Shown here: piece after piece, positions 55,716-56,039 of the stretch
Layout of the letters: each line of letters opens with the position of its first letter
Position numbering within the stretch: the stretch's first letter is position 1
Assembly: GCA_035319625.1 (NCBI GenBank)
Contig: DATHCH010000303.1
Location: 1 to 56,039, forward strand
Origin: Thermodesulfobacteriota bacterium
GTDB taxonomy: Bacteria > Desulfobacterota > BSN033 > UBA1163
Reading direction: 5' to 3'
DNA: 56,039 nucleotides
Translations under genes and position numbers: made by a program
The notes under the pieces: model-generated
What the model was told of the DNA's origin: nothing
Seen by the model: only the letters and a program-made list of their open reading frames with translations
Databases searched by the model: none

Positions 55716-55923
55716 AGGCATTGACAATCAGATCCAGTTTCTTCCTTCTACTCCAACCTTTAAGCATCCTCTCTCTTTTGAGCGCATCATTTTTTGACAT
55801 TGGCCCTTCAACGTATGGAGAATTCGGGTGCTCATGTTGTCGCATTCTGTTTTCTAAATCGGTTGTGATCCCGGCATACAATTTCGTCTCCTTCTGAATA
55901 ATATAAACCCACCAGTTGTCCAT
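55699..55923 (-). CDS. small GIY-YIG nuclease-family protein (possibly internally shortened)
   Basis: WWVYIIQKETKLYAGITTDLENRMRQH ... ALKRERMLKGWSRRKKLDLI. Confidence 0.6.
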   Translation of the reverse strand: MDNWWVYIIQKETKLYAGITTDLENRMRQHEHPNSPYVEGPMSKNDALKRERMLKGWSRRKKLDLIVNASTQQR

Positions 55924-56039
55924 AAGGTCTCCACACAACAGGCTTAAGGCGGGCAGGACTTCCTTCGCTGCTCTCGGGACAAGCTCACAACAGTTCTCTC
56001 CATGACAGGAACAAAGAATTTAAGAAGGGGACCCCTAAG

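Overview
56-kb chromosomal segment from a diderm bacterium. LpxC, a CsgG-like lipoprotein and sigma-54 use are present; the lineage cannot be named from sequence alone. The core (10.1-28.8 kb, + strand) is a complete, colinear dcw division/cell-wall cluster: mraZ-rsmH-ftsL-ftsI-murE-murF-mraY-murD-ftsW-murG-murC-murB-ddl-ftsQ-ftsA-ftsZ. Upstream lie a radical-SAM/SPASM peptide-maturase-like locus with two unannotated short Cys-containing ORFs and an odd ATP-grasp protein (0.7-3.2 kb), nifU-nifS (3.4-5.5 kb), a decayed integron-like island (5.9-7.7 kb: attC-like site, flavoprotein cassette, frameshifted and truncated intI, degraded toxin-antitoxin pair) and ligA. Downstream of ftsZ lie a B12-type radical SAM gene, a hydrolase, a sigma-54-driven pair (CsgG-like lipoprotein with SH3 domain plus a triple zinc-ribbon membrane protein), a sirtuin, another radical SAM gene, an aldehyde dehydrogenase and a receiver-domain::LpxC fusion. 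After that come a frameshifted glutaryl-CoA-dehydrogenase-like gene, a signal-transduction cluster whose giant multi-PAS/GAF kinase is broken by two in-frame stops and a frameshift, an alpha-oxoamine synthase (SPT-like)::GNAT fusion, and a gene-decay zone with RNA-binding genes. The most striking non-coding signal: nearly every intergenic spacer, including those inside the dcw operon, carries a long imperfect hairpin. Each arm is built from 2-4 copies of a spacer-specific 6-9-nt word, and the loops are empty, hold a GC-rich nested palindrome, or hold a (decayed) four-helix-bundle ORF. All coordinates and motifs were read by eye; no searches or folding calculations were run.
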